From contig CAZNFV010000001.1 of the NCBI GenBank assembly GCA_964572445.1, forward strand, positions 1-58,558: a DNA stretch of 58,558 bases. Reading direction: 5' to 3'. Numbering within the stretch: position 1 is the first letter of the stretch; every line of letters begins with the position of its first letter. The notes under the pieces were generated by a model that had not been told where the DNA came from, searched no databases, and worked only from the letters and a program-made list of their open reading frames with translations. A program made the position numbers and the translations under genes. This DNA is from an uncultured Novosphingobium sp. Its GTDB lineage: Bacteria; Pseudomonadota; Alphaproteobacteria; Sphingomonadales; Sphingomonadaceae. Positions 10,351 through 20,152 of this stretch are shown one piece after another.

Positions 10351-12180
10351 ATGGTCCGTATGCTCATGACTGCCGCCAGCCTGTTTGCGCTTGCTCCGGT
10401 CGCTGCCGCGCAGACCGCGCCGTCGCTGGTGGATGTTCGGGCCCGCACGCCGAATGAGGAAGTGGTCTACTTCGTCCTCCCCGACCGGTTCGAGAATGGC
10501 GATCCTAAGAACGACACCGGTGGCCTGAAGGGCGATCGGCTGAAAACTGGCTACGATCCGGCGGCCAAGGGCTATTTCCATGGGGGCGACCTCAAGGGCC
10601 TGACCAGTCGGCTCGACTATATCGAGGGCCTTGGCGCCACTGCGATCTGGTTTGCACCGATCTTCAAGAACAAGGTGGTCCAGGGGCCAAAGGGCGATGA
10701 GAGCGCCGGCTATCACGGCTATTGGGTAACCGACTTTACCCAGGTCGATCCGCACTTCGGGACCAATGCGGAATTCAAGGCTTTCGTCGATGCCGCTCAC
10801 GCCCGCGGGATGAAGGTCTACATGGACATTCTGGTCAACCACACGGCGGACGTGATCCAGTATCGTGATCCGGGTGACTATGCCTATCGCAACAAGGCGG
10901 ACTATCCGTTCTCACGCCAGGGCGGGCCGACCGGTCCGGCGATCAATCCGGGCTTCAACGGCGATAGCGATCCGCGCCCGAATAACTGGGCTAAGCTGTC
11001 TGATCCCAGCTGGGCCTATGGCCCCTATATTCCCAAGGAAGAGGCCAACGTCAAGGTCCCGGCCTGGCTCAACGATCCGATCTATTACCACAACCGTGGC
11101 AATTCGAACTGGGTGGGCGAGGGCGCGGTCTATGGCGATTTCGTCGGGCTGGACGATGTCGCGACCGAGCACCCGCGGGTCGTTGCGGGGATGATCGAAA
11201 TCTATTCCGGCTGGATCGAGCGGTTCGGCATCGACGGGTTCCGGATCGATACGGCCAAGCACGTCAATCCGGAGTTTTGGCGCGCCTTTGTGCCAGCCAT
11301 TCTGAAAGTCGCCAAGGACAAGGGCATTCCCAACTTCCACATCTTTGGCGAGGTGGCGACCGGTGATGTCGATCCGGCCCTGACCGCGCGCTGGACCCGT
11401 GTAGCCGGCCTGCCTTCCAATCTCGACATGGCGTTTGCCGCCGCCATGCAGCGGGTGGTTTCGGGCAAGGCTGGGACTGATATGTTGGCCCGCCTGTTTG
11501 AAGATGACGCGCTTTACGAAGGCGGCGAAGCAGGTGCACTCAACCTGCCGACTTTCCTTGGCAACCACGATTTCGGACGCTTTTCGATGTTCGTAAAGCA
11601 GGCCAATCCTGGCATCAGTCAGGATGAGCTGCTGGCTCGGACGATGCTGGGCAATGCGATGCTGCTGACGCTGCGCGGCGTGCCGGTGGTCTATTACGGC
11701 GATGAGCAAGGCTTCGTTTCGGACGGCAATGACCAGCTGGCGCGCGAAGACATGTTCGCGTCCAAGGTTGCGGTCTATAACGATAACGACCTGATCGGCA
11801 CCGACGCGACAACCGCGCAGGCCAATTTTGACCGGAGCCACCCGCTCTATCGCCAGATCGCCACCCTGGCCGAGGTCCGCAAGACCACGCCCGCGCTTTA
11901 TGCCGGGGTGACGATCAGCCGCACCTTCTCCGACAAGCCGGGATTGCTCGCCGTGTCGCGGATCGATCCCAAGTCCGGGCAGGAAGTGGTCCTGGTCTTC
12001 AACACTTCAAACCAGCCGGTCACGCAGCGTGTCGCGGTTGAGCCTCGTAGCTTGACGTTTAAGCCACTGGTCGGCCAGTGCGCCCTTTCCGTTGATGCGC
12101 CCGGCAGCCTGACCATTACCTTGCCGCCGCTCGGTTATGCCGTTTGTGCCGCACAGGAATCCAACGTGAGTGCCCCATGA
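10351..12180 (+). CDS. Secreted GH13 alpha-amylase/cyclomaltodextrinase family protein
   Basis: Signal peptide, DRFENGD, YHGYW, NHTAD, GFRIDTAKH, FLGNHD; start uncertain (10315 or 10351). Confidence 0.92.
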   Translation: MVRMLMTAASLFALAPVAAAQTAPSLVDVRARTPNEEVVYFVLPDRFENGDPKNDTGGLKGDRLKTGYDPAAKGYFHGGDLKGLTSRLDYIEGLGATAIWFAPIFKNKVVQGPKGDESAGYHGYWVTDFTQVDPHFGTNAEFKAFVDAAHARGMKVYMDILVNHTADVIQYRDPGDYAYRNKADYPFSRQGGPTGPAINPGFNGDSDPRPNNWAKLSDPSWAYGPYIPKEEANVKVPAWLNDPIYYHNRGNSNWVGEGAVYGDFVGLDDVATEHPRVVAGMIEIYSGWIERFGIDGFRIDTAKHVNPEFWRAFVPAILKVAKDKGIPNFHIFGEVATGDVDPALTARWTRVAGLPSNLDMAFAAAMQRVVSGKAGTDMLARLFEDDALYEGGEAGALNLPTFLGNHDFGRFSMFVKQANPGISQDELLARTMLGNAMLLTLRGVPVVYYGDEQGFVSDGNDQLAREDMFASKVAVYNDNDLIGTDATTAQANFDRSHPLYRQIATLAEVRKTTPALYAGVTISRTFSDKPGLLAVSRIDPKSGQEVVLVFNTSNQPVTQRVAVEPRSLTFKPLVGQCALSVDAPGSLTITLPPLGYAVCAAQESNVSAP

Positions 12181-13811
12181 ATCGCCTGACGCGCATTGAA
12201 TCTATCGGCCAGGATCAGGTCGGAAAGGAATGGTGGCGCGGTGCGGCGATCTACCAGATCTATCCGCGCAGCTTTCGTGATTCCAACGGCGACGGGATCG
12301 GGGACCTGCCCGGCATAACCGGGCAGCTGGATTATGTCGCCAAGCTGGGCGTCGATGCGATCTGGATCTCGCCGTTCTTTACCTCGCCCATGGCGGACTT
12401 CGGCTACGACGTGTCCGATTATTGCGGCGTTGACCCGATCTTTGGCACACTGGCCGATTTCGATGCCCTGGTGGCCCGCGCCCACGAGCTGGGCCTGCGC
12501 GTCACGATCGATCAGGTCTATTCACACACGTCAGACCAGCACGCCTGGTTCCTGGAAAGCCGCGCCAACCGCAATAGTGCCAAAGCCGATTGGTATGTCT
12601 GGGCCGATGCCAAGGCTGATGGCTCACCGCCCAGCAACTGGCAGTCCGTATTTGGCGGCCCGGCCTGGACCTGGGATGCACGGCGCTGCCAGTATTATCT
12701 GCACAACTTCCTTTCCAGCCAGCCACAGCTCAACTGCCATAACCCCGCGGTGCAGGAGGCACTGCTGGGGGTGGCGCAGTTCTGGCTTGATCGCGGCGTC
12801 GATGGCTTCCGGATCGATGCGCTGAACTTTGCGATGCACGACCCGCTGTTGCGCGATAATCCTGCGGCGGAGCCAGACGGCAGTCCGCGCACCCGTCCGT
12901 TCGATTTTCAGCAGCAACTGTATAACCAGTCACACGCCGATATTCCCCGCTTCATTGAGCGGATCCGCAGCTTGACCGACAGCTATGACGGCATCTTCAC
13001 GGTCGCCGAAGTGGGCGGCAAGGATGCTGAGCGCGAAATGAAGCTGTTCACCAGCGGGGAAACCCGCCTGAACAGCGCCTATGGTTTCGATTTCCTCTAT
13101 GCCAAGGCACTGACCCCTGCAGTCGTTGCCCGCGCGCTGGATCAGTGGCCCGATGGACCCGACATTGGCTGGCCGAGCTGGGCTTTTGAAAACCACGATG
13201 CTCCTCGCGCTCTGTCACGCTGGTGCAGGCCTGACGAACGCGAAGCCTTCGCGCGCTTGAAGGTGACGCTGCTGGCGGCGCTCCGCGGCAACATCATCGT
13301 CTATCAAGGTGAGGAACTGGGGCTCACGCAGGTCGAGATTCCGTTTGAACAATTGCAGGATCCCGAAGCCATTGCGAACTGGCCGCTGACCCTGGCCCGC
13401 GATGGCGCACGGACCCCGCTGCCCTGGCAGGCACAGAGCGAGCAGGGCGGCTTTACTGCCAGCACCACGCCATGGTTACCGCTGGGAGCGGAGAATATGG
13501 CCCGCGCGGTCGACCGGCAGGATGGCGATCCCGCCTCGCTGCTCAACCTGACCCGGGCGCTGCTGGCGTTGCGGCATCAGACGCCGGTGCTGCGCAATGG
13601 AGCCTGCGATGTGGTCCTGGCGGACGAAGCGCGGCTGGTCCTGCGCCGTCGGTCAGGCGCAGAAGCAGTTGCCGCGATCTTTAACCTGTCTGGCGCTGAC
13701 GCCGCCTGGCCCGATGGCCTTGGTACTGACGGTACGACCATCTTTGCAGTGAACGGGGCATCGCCCGGCTGCCTGCCCGCCTTTGGCGCGGTTCTAATTC
13801 GGGAGAATTGA
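12177..13811 (+). CDS. GH13 alpha-glucosidase
   Basis: WWRGAAIYQIYPRSF, DFGYDVSDY, GFRIDA, FENHD, YQGEELG, RDGARTP; ATGA overlap with upstream gene. Confidence 0.93.
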   Translation: MNRLTRIESIGQDQVGKEWWRGAAIYQIYPRSFRDSNGDGIGDLPGITGQLDYVAKLGVDAIWISPFFTSPMADFGYDVSDYCGVDPIFGTLADFDALVARAHELGLRVTIDQVYSHTSDQHAWFLESRANRNSAKADWYVWADAKADGSPPSNWQSVFGGPAWTWDARRCQYYLHNFLSSQPQLNCHNPAVQEALLGVAQFWLDRGVDGFRIDALNFAMHDPLLRDNPAAEPDGSPRTRPFDFQQQLYNQSHADIPRFIERIRSLTDSYDGIFTVAEVGGKDAEREMKLFTSGETRLNSAYGFDFLYAKALTPAVVARALDQWPDGPDIGWPSWAFENHDAPRALSRWCRPDEREAFARLKVTLLAALRGNIIVYQGEELGLTQVEIPFEQLQDPEAIANWPLTLARDGARTPLPWQAQSEQGGFTASTTPWLPLGAENMARAVDRQDGDPASLLNLTRALLALRHQTPVLRNGACDVVLADEARLVLRRRSGAEAVAAIFNLSGADAAWPDGLGTDGTTIFAVNGASPGCLPAFGAVLIREN

Positions 13812-13812
13812 C

Positions 13813-15849
13813 ATGAAGCCGATCCGTTTCGCACTGGGCCTCGGTTTGGCGCTCGCCGCCGCGCCGGCGCTCGCCCAGCAAGCGCCGGTTACCGCCAGCT
13901 CGCCGGATGGCATGGTCAGCGTCAGCGTAACGATCGATGGTGATGGCCGCGCGGCCTATGCCGTTAGCCGCAAAGGCAAGCCGATCATCAACCCTTCGCG
14001 GCTGGGCTTCCTGTTCACGGACGAAGCCAAGATCGACCGGCGCCTGACTGTGACCGGACAGGAAGTCCGCGATTTCGATGAAACCTGGTCCCAACCTTGG
14101 GGTGAATGGGCCGATATCCGCAACCACTACCGTGAGCTGAAGGTCCACCTGAAGGAAACGACGGCGCTGGCGCGGGTCTTCACGGTGACTTTCCGGCTCT
14201 ATGAGGACGGCGTTGGCTTCCGCTACGAGTTCCCGCAGCAGCCAAACATGGCAAAGACCAACATTGCCGACGAGCTGACCGAGTTTACCTTTGCCCAGGA
14301 CGGGACTGCCTGGTGGAAGCCGGCCTTCCTATGGAACCGCGAAGAATATCTCTACAACAAGACCCCGCTGTCCTCGGTCAGCACGGCCGACACCCCGATC
14401 ACCATCAAGCTGGCCGATGGCACCCATGTGGCACTGCACGAAGCCGCACTGGTGGATTATTCGGGCATGGCCGTCACCCGCACCGAAGCGACTACTCTGC
14501 GGGCCAACCTTACGCCGGGCGCGGGTGAGGCCAAAGTGCGCAAGGCTGGTGCCTGGTCCACCCCCTGGCGCACTCTGATCATCGCCGACGATGCCCCCGG
14601 CATCTATCACAGCCACCTGATGCTGAACCTCAACGAGCCCAATAAGCTGGGCGACGTGAGCTGGTTCAAGCCGGGCAAGTTTGCCGGCGTGTGGTGGAAC
14701 ATGATCAAGGGCGACTGGTCATGGGCGCGCGGCCCGAAGCACGGCGCGACCACTGCGAACGTCAAGAAGTACATCGACTTCGCCGCCGCCAATGGCGTCC
14801 CACATGTACTGGTCGAAGGCTGGAATGTCGGCTGGGATGGTGACTGGTTCGGCAATGGCTGGGACATGGACTTCGCCCAGCCGACCGAGGACTTCGATGT
14901 TAAGGCACTGGCCGCCTATTCCAGGAAGAAGGGTGTCCGCCTGATTGGGCACCACGAAACCGGCGGCGCGGCGACACATTACGAAAACCAGTTCGACAAG
15001 GCGTTCAAATTCGCGGCCGACAATGGCTACATGGTTGTGAAGACTGGTTACGTGACCGACGCCGGCCAGATCGAGCGGGTCGATGCCGATGGCAGGAAGT
15101 ATCGCGAATGGCATGAAGGCCAGTGGATGAGCAATCACTTCATCCGCGTGGCCGAAGCCGCCGCCAAATACCGGATTGCTTTTGACAGTCACGAATCGAT
15201 CAAGGGTACCGGCTTGCAGCGCACCTACCCCAACTGGGTAGCGCGCGAGGGCATGCGCGGGATGGAATACAACGCCTGGATCGGCGGCAAGAACCCGCCC
15301 GAGCACGAAGCCAACCTGGTCTTCACCCGGATGCTTGAAGGGCCGATGGACTTCACACCGGGCGTCCTGAGCCTCAAGGGTTCTGAAGGCAGCGATATTC
15401 TGTCGACCGTCGCCAAGCAACTGGCGCTTTACGTGGTGATCTATTCGCCGGTGCAGATGCTGGCAGATACGCCGGAAAATTACGCTCGGTTCCCGGCGGA
15501 AATGAAGTTCATCCGCGACGTGCCGACCGACTGGCAAGAGACCCGCGTGCTCAACGGAGAGATCGGCGACTATGTCACTATCGCCCGCAAGGAGCGCGGC
15601 GGGGAGGGCTGGTACGTTGGCGCAGTGGGTGACGAGCAGGCCCAGACAGTCTCGTTCAAGCTCGACTTCCTGACGGCGGGCAAGCGCTACAAGGCCGAGA
15701 TCTATCGCGACGGCGATGATGCCGACTATCGCACTGACAAGCGCCACTCGATCGCAATTGAAAGCAAGGTGCTCACCGCCGCTGACAGCCTGACCATGCG
15801 GATCGCTCCGGGTGGAGGCTTCGCCATCCGGCTGGTGCCCATCCGCTAG
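13813..15849 (+). CDS. GH97 glycoside hydrolase (SusB-like)
   Basis: Signal peptide, YIDFAA, LVEGWN, HHET, RTYPNW..EGMRGMEY, GPMDFTPG. Confidence 0.93.
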   Translation: MKPIRFALGLGLALAAAPALAQQAPVTASSPDGMVSVSVTIDGDGRAAYAVSRKGKPIINPSRLGFLFTDEAKIDRRLTVTGQEVRDFDETWSQPWGEWADIRNHYRELKVHLKETTALARVFTVTFRLYEDGVGFRYEFPQQPNMAKTNIADELTEFTFAQDGTAWWKPAFLWNREEYLYNKTPLSSVSTADTPITIKLADGTHVALHEAALVDYSGMAVTRTEATTLRANLTPGAGEAKVRKAGAWSTPWRTLIIADDAPGIYHSHLMLNLNEPNKLGDVSWFKPGKFAGVWWNMIKGDWSWARGPKHGATTANVKKYIDFAAANGVPHVLVEGWNVGWDGDWFGNGWDMDFAQPTEDFDVKALAAYSRKKGVRLIGHHETGGAATHYENQFDKAFKFAADNGYMVVKTGYVTDAGQIERVDADGRKYREWHEGQWMSNHFIRVAEAAAKYRIAFDSHESIKGTGLQRTYPNWVAREGMRGMEYNAWIGGKNPPEHEANLVFTRMLEGPMDFTPGVLSLKGSEGSDILSTVAKQLALYVVIYSPVQMLADTPENYARFPAEMKFIRDVPTDWQETRVLNGEIGDYVTIARKERGGEGWYVGAVGDEQAQTVSFKLDFLTAGKRYKAEIYRDGDDADYRTDKRHSIAIESKVLTAADSLTMRIAPGGGFAIRLVPIR

Positions 15850-15862
15850 GCGGAGCGGGCAC

Positions 15863-16342
15863 TCAGGTCGGGCGAGGCAGGGCGGTGGTCGACTTCATCC
15901 GCTCCATCGAGAAGCTGGAACTGACATCGGCCAGATCCGGGATCGCGGCGATCAGCTTGCGATAAATGCGGTCGTAATGGCCAATATCGCGCACCACCAG
16001 TTTGAGCAGGTAATCGACATCGCCCGCCATGCGGTGGCACTCGACGATTTCATCGATCGCCACAACGCCGCGTGAAAAGGCCTCTAGCCAGGCGGGGTCG
16101 TGGCGGTTGGTGCGGATCGAAACGAAGACCGTGGTGGCGAGGCCCAGTTTTGCGGGATCAACCAGCGCCACGCGCCGGGCGATGATCCCGCTATCCTCCA
16201 GCCGTTTGATCCGCCGCCAGCAGGCATTGCTGGATAGGCCAACCCGGTCACCGACATCCTGCACGGCAAGCGACGCATCGGCCTGCAAGACGCCAAGGAT
16301 TGCCCAGTCTATCGAATCCAGTTGCGTAATATCTTTTTCCAT
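15863..16342 (-). CDS. Lrp/AsnC-family regulator (DecR-like)
   Basis: LDSIDWAIL, VGLSSNACWRRIKRLE, ECHRMAGDVDY. Confidence 0.92.
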   Translation of the reverse strand: MEKDITQLDSIDWAILGVLQADASLAVQDVGDRVGLSSNACWRRIKRLEDSGIIARRVALVDPAKLGLATTVFVSIRTNRHDPAWLEAFSRGVVAIDEIVECHRMAGDVDYLLKLVVRDIGHYDRIYRKLIAAIPDLADVSSSFSMERMKSTTALPRPT

Positions 16343-16444
16343 TGGGATAAAATATCACAATATTGGCAAGATTGTCATAAAAATGGTGAAGATTTTGCAT
16401 CGGAGTTGGCATATCTTTGCGTAAGCCAACGGGAGATCGAGCCA

Positions 16445-16690
16445 ATGTCACTGAAAACCATGTTCACTGAACACCCGGCCAGCGTTGATGAAACCTATGG
16501 TGAGCATTTTGCGATGGCATCGGGCTTTGGCATCAGGATGATCCTGGGCGGGTTCGCTTGCCTGCTCCATGGGATCTTCCCGTTCCTGTTCGTGAAGACC
16601 GGCAGCGCGCAGATTTCTACCCTGCACGAACGCATGGTGAAGAACCGCCGCACCAAGCAGTTGCCGGCGATCCTCGATTTCGTGATCTAG
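16445..16690 (+). CDS. Small conserved protein (DUF6356-like)
   Basis: FTEHPASVDETYGEH...LLHGIFPFLFVKTGS pattern; GGGAG RBS before ATG 16445. Confidence 0.75.
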   Translation: MSLKTMFTEHPASVDETYGEHFAMASGFGIRMILGGFACLLHGIFPFLFVKTGSAQISTLHERMVKNRRTKQLPAILDFVI

Positions 16691-16732
16691 GCGCGAGACG
16701 GCCGGCCAGTCGTCCAGTCGCTCACCATCATT

Positions 16733-16872
16733 CGTCATGCTGAACTTGGGTCAGCATCCAGCGTGCCGCTTGACCGGCGGTGTGGGCTTAGCGCTGGCCG
16801 TGCTGTGGGCGGCCGACCTGCCAGCGCGGAGTATGGTTGCGCGATAGACCCTGAAACGAGTTCAGGGTGACG
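16733..16872. repeat. Inverted doublet of 26-bp palindromic REP-like elements
   Basis: CGTCATGCTGAACTTGGGTCAGCATC (16733-16758) and reverse-complement CGTCACCCTGAACTCGTTTCAGGGTC (16847-16872). Confidence 0.75.
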
Positions 16873-16888
16873 GTCGTTATGTAGCGGC

Positions 16889-16917
16889 AGCTGGGCGGCC
16901 AATCGGGCCGCCCAGCT
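16889..16917 (-). terminator. Stem-loop after the PQQ dehydrogenase
   Basis: AGCTGGGCGGCC-AATCG-GGCCGCCCAGCT, perfect 12-bp stem. Confidence 0.6.
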
Positions 16918-16925
16918 CCTGCTGC

Positions 16926-19028
16926 TCAGTCTGCGCCGAGCTTCTTGTCCTCGTTCGCCCGCTGGACCACGTAGAGGCGGATCGCTTCGATCTGCTCCGG
17001 CGTGAACTGGCCCTTCCAGGCGACCATGCCATTCTGCTTGAGCAGGCCGTCGTGGACGATTTCCTGCCACAGCTTGGGATTGCCCAGCGCCACGGAGTGC
17101 CGCAGGTCGGGGTTTAGCGCCCCGGCCACTACGGTCGAACCATGGCAGACGCTGCACGAATTGGTGTAGGCCTTCATGCCGATGGCGAGCTGCTGCGCAG
17201 TGCCGCTCACCGGCGGGGGATCGAGCACCCGCTTGGTTTCGGTCGGCGCGGCGGGGAGCGTGCCCTTGGCGCCCAGCTTGAAGACCAGCAGGCGGCTGAT
17301 GTTCGGCGTGATCCGCTTGGTCACCAGCTTGCCGGCGGAAACGTCCCAGACGCCACCCCAGCCGACCATCACCGCAACATACTGCTGCCCATCGAGCAGA
17401 TAGGTCATGGGCGCGGCCAGGATCCCGCTCTGCGCCGGGAAGGACCACAGCTGCTTGCCGGTATCGGCCGAATAGGCCCGGAACTCGCCCAGCGCCGTCC
17501 CCTGGAAGACCAGATTGCCAGCCGTGGCGAGCGTGCCGCCATTGGTCGGTGTTTCCTGCGGGACCTTCCACTTGACCGTGCCCGTCACCGGATCGAACGC
17601 CACCAGTGCCCCGGTCATCGCTGCAGCAGTTGCTGCGCGCACGCCCTTGTCCGCCGGCAGGTTGCCCGCCGAAGCATCGATCCCCAGCTGGAAGCCGGTC
17701 GTGCCGGGCTTCCAATCCGGATCGTGGGCATAGACCTGCGGCGTATTGTTGGTCGGGATATAGACGAGGCCCGTCTTGGGGCTGAAGCTCATCGGGGTCC
17801 ACGAGTGGGCGCCGACTGCACCGGGGAAGCCCAGCCAGGGCTTGCCGGTCAGCTCATACTTGGCATCTGGGTTGACGTCAGGCTTGCCGGTCTTGGGATC
17901 AAGACCCTTGGCCCAGTTGATCCCCTCGACAAAGGGCTTGCCCGAGATGAACTGTCCGGTAGCGGCATCCAGCACATAGAAGAACCCGTTCTTCGGTGCG
18001 TGCATGATCACGTGGCGCTGCTTGCCGCCAATGTTGAGATCGGCGACTGTGATCTGCTGGTTGCTGTCAAAGTCCCAGCGGTCTTCCGGGGTTTCCTGGA
18101 AGTGCCAGACATATTCGCCGGTGTCGGGCTTAACCGCCACGATCGAAGCGGTGTAAAGGCTGTCCCCCGCGCCGTCAGTATTGCGATATGCCGGGTTCCA
18201 CGGTTCGGCATTGGCCGTTCCGAAGTAAACGAGATCGGTCTTGGGATCGTAAGTGATCGAATCCCACACCGTGCCGCCACCGCCGCGCTTCCAGAAATCG
18301 CCGCTCCAGGTCTTGGCTGCGGCCTCAAGATGCTTGCCGTCCTGCGGCTTTGATGGATCGCCAGGCACCGTGTGGAAGCGCCACAGCTCATTGCCGGTTT
18401 CGGCATCAAATGCGGCCAGGTAGCCCCGGGTGAAGTATTCCGAACCGGCTGAGCCCATCAGCACCCGGCCCTTGACGATGCGCGGGGCACCGGTGATCGC
18501 CATGTGCGATCCTTCAGGGATCGTCAGCTTTTTCCAGATGACCTTGCCGGTCTGCGCATCCAGCGCAACCAGATACCCGTCGAGCGTGCCGACATAGACC
18601 TTGTTGCCATAGAGCGCGACGCCGCGGTTAACCGCATCGCAGCAAACTTCGACCAGCTTTTCGCGCGGTACCTGCGGATCATAGGACCACTTCAGTGCGC
18701 CGGTGCGGGCATCATAGGCCTTGACCATCGACCAGGCGGTGGTGGTGTAAAGTACGCCATCGTGCATCAGCGGCGTGGCTTCCTGCCCGCGCGCCGTATC
18801 GAGATCAGCCGACCAGGCCAGCCCTAGCTGGCTGACATTGCTGTCGTTGATCGCAGTCAGCGGGGAGAAGCGTTGCTCGCCATAGTCACGGCCATAGGAG
18901 AGCCATTCGCCCTCAGCCGCAGCCAGGATCTTCGCATCGGTCACGCCCTCTGTCGCGGGTGCTGACACCGATTTTCCGCAGCCAGTCAGCACCAACAGTG
19001 CCGCAGCAGCAAGCAACCTCAACCGCAT
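16926..19028 (-). CDS. Type II quinohemoprotein PQQ alcohol dehydrogenase (lipoprotein)
   Basis: Lipobox LTGC, vicinal CC (VCCDAVNRG), PQQ propeller Trp motifs, HAPKNGFFY, C-terminal cytochrome c CSVCH. Confidence 0.93.
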   Translation of the reverse strand: MRLRLLAAAALLVLTGCGKSVSAPATEGVTDAKILAAAEGEWLSYGRDYGEQRFSPLTAINDSNVSQLGLAWSADLDTARGQEATPLMHDGVLYTTTAWSMVKAYDARTGALKWSYDPQVPREKLVEVCCDAVNRGVALYGNKVYVGTLDGYLVALDAQTGKVIWKKLTIPEGSHMAITGAPRIVKGRVLMGSAGSEYFTRGYLAAFDAETGNELWRFHTVPGDPSKPQDGKHLEAAAKTWSGDFWKRGGGGTVWDSITYDPKTDLVYFGTANAEPWNPAYRNTDGAGDSLYTASIVAVKPDTGEYVWHFQETPEDRWDFDSNQQITVADLNIGGKQRHVIMHAPKNGFFYVLDAATGQFISGKPFVEGINWAKGLDPKTGKPDVNPDAKYELTGKPWLGFPGAVGAHSWTPMSFSPKTGLVYIPTNNTPQVYAHDPDWKPGTTGFQLGIDASAGNLPADKGVRAATAAAMTGALVAFDPVTGTVKWKVPQETPTNGGTLATAGNLVFQGTALGEFRAYSADTGKQLWSFPAQSGILAAPMTYLLDGQQYVAVMVGWGGVWDVSAGKLVTKRITPNISRLLVFKLGAKGTLPAAPTETKRVLDPPPVSGTAQQLAIGMKAYTNSCSVCHGSTVVAGALNPDLRHSVALGNPKLWQEIVHDGLLKQNGMVAWKGQFTPEQIEAIRLYVVQRANEDKKLGAD

Positions 19029-19173
19029 TGCAACCTTCCCCTTCCTCGTGGTGGGCCTGGACCTTCCCCGATCCGGCTCCTTTATTGCGCCAATGTGCCG
19101 TTAATCGAGCGGTTAAGCTAGCCCTCTTGTGCAGTCAGGGTTATCATCAGGTTTTCGGGCAAGGAGCTTGGCG

Positions 19174-20043
19174 ATGTGTGATGACCTGACCGCAATCGAA
19201 GAAGAACAGGCGCTGGATCGACACGGGATAGACCGGCGCGAATTCGCCGCGCTGGGTGTTGTCGGGCTTGGGGCAATTGCTGCGCCCTTGGCAGCGAAAG
19301 TGCCAGGCGGGCTGGCTGAGCGGGCAGTTACACTGACCACGCCTGACGGAAAACTGGATGCCTTCTTTGTCCACCCGGCCAAGGGCAAGCATCCGGCAGT
19401 GATTCTTTGGCCCGACATTGCGGGGCTGCGTGAAGCATACAAGGTGATGGCGCGGCGGCTGGCGGCAGATGGTCACGCGGTGCTGGTGCTTAACCAGTAT
19501 TATCGCTCTGCCCCGGCGCCGCATTTCGATGCCATTGCGCAGTGGCGCACGCCCGAAGGCCAGGCCAAACTGAAACCGATGATCCCGCTGCTGACCCCGG
19601 CGGCGATTGAACGCGATGCCAAGGCTGCAGTCGCCTGGCTCGATGCGCAAGGGGCCGTCGATAGCCGCCGCGGGATCGGTTCAGCCGGTTACTGCATGGG
19701 TGGCCCATATACTGTTCGCACCGCCCACGCTGCGCCGAACCGGGTCCGCGCCGCAGCCTCGTTCCACGGTGGCGGGCTGGTGACTGACAAGGCGGACAGC
19801 CCGCACCTGCTGCTTAAGGCAACCAAAGCGCGCTATCTGTTCGCCATCGCCCGCAATGATGATGCCGGTGCGCCGGGTGAAAAGGATGTCCTGCGCAATG
19901 CAGCCAGAGCGGCGGGGCGCCCGGCCGAGGTGGAAGTCTATCCCGCCAATCACGGCTGGTGCACAGTTGACGCGCCGGTCTTCGACAAGACTCAAGCCGA
20001 TCGGGCCTGGGCGCGGATGCTGGTGCTGTTCAAGGCGCTGTAA
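19174..20043 (+). CDS. Dienelactone hydrolase family protein with Tat-like leader
   Basis: DRREF twin-Arg, GYCMGG nucleophile elbow, SFHGG, HGW; AAGGAG RBS. Confidence 0.9.
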   Translation: MCDDLTAIEEEQALDRHGIDRREFAALGVVGLGAIAAPLAAKVPGGLAERAVTLTTPDGKLDAFFVHPAKGKHPAVILWPDIAGLREAYKVMARRLAADGHAVLVLNQYYRSAPAPHFDAIAQWRTPEGQAKLKPMIPLLTPAAIERDAKAAVAWLDAQGAVDSRRGIGSAGYCMGGPYTVRTAHAAPNRVRAAASFHGGGLVTDKADSPHLLLKATKARYLFAIARNDDAGAPGEKDVLRNAARAAGRPAEVEVYPANHGWCTVDAPVFDKTQADRAWARMLVLFKAL

Positions 20044-20104
20044 TACTCTGTAATTGATGCCGAACGTCTGCGCGTTTTGGTGGAGATTGTCAGGCGGGGC
20101 GGGG

Positions 20105-20132
20105 TTGCCGGGGCTGGTTGCCGGCCCCATAT
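20105..20132 (+). promoter_or_regulatory. Candidate RpoH (sigma32) promoter of msrB
   Basis: TTG-N17-CCCCATAT about 20 nt upstream of the GTG start. Confidence 0.5.
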
Positions 20133-20152
20133 TGGCACCAAGGAGAACGGAC

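Noticed and set aside
19101..19116. CtrA box interpretation of TTAA...TTAA
   Set aside because: Spacer is 8 nt, not 7; reported instead as a separate palindrome
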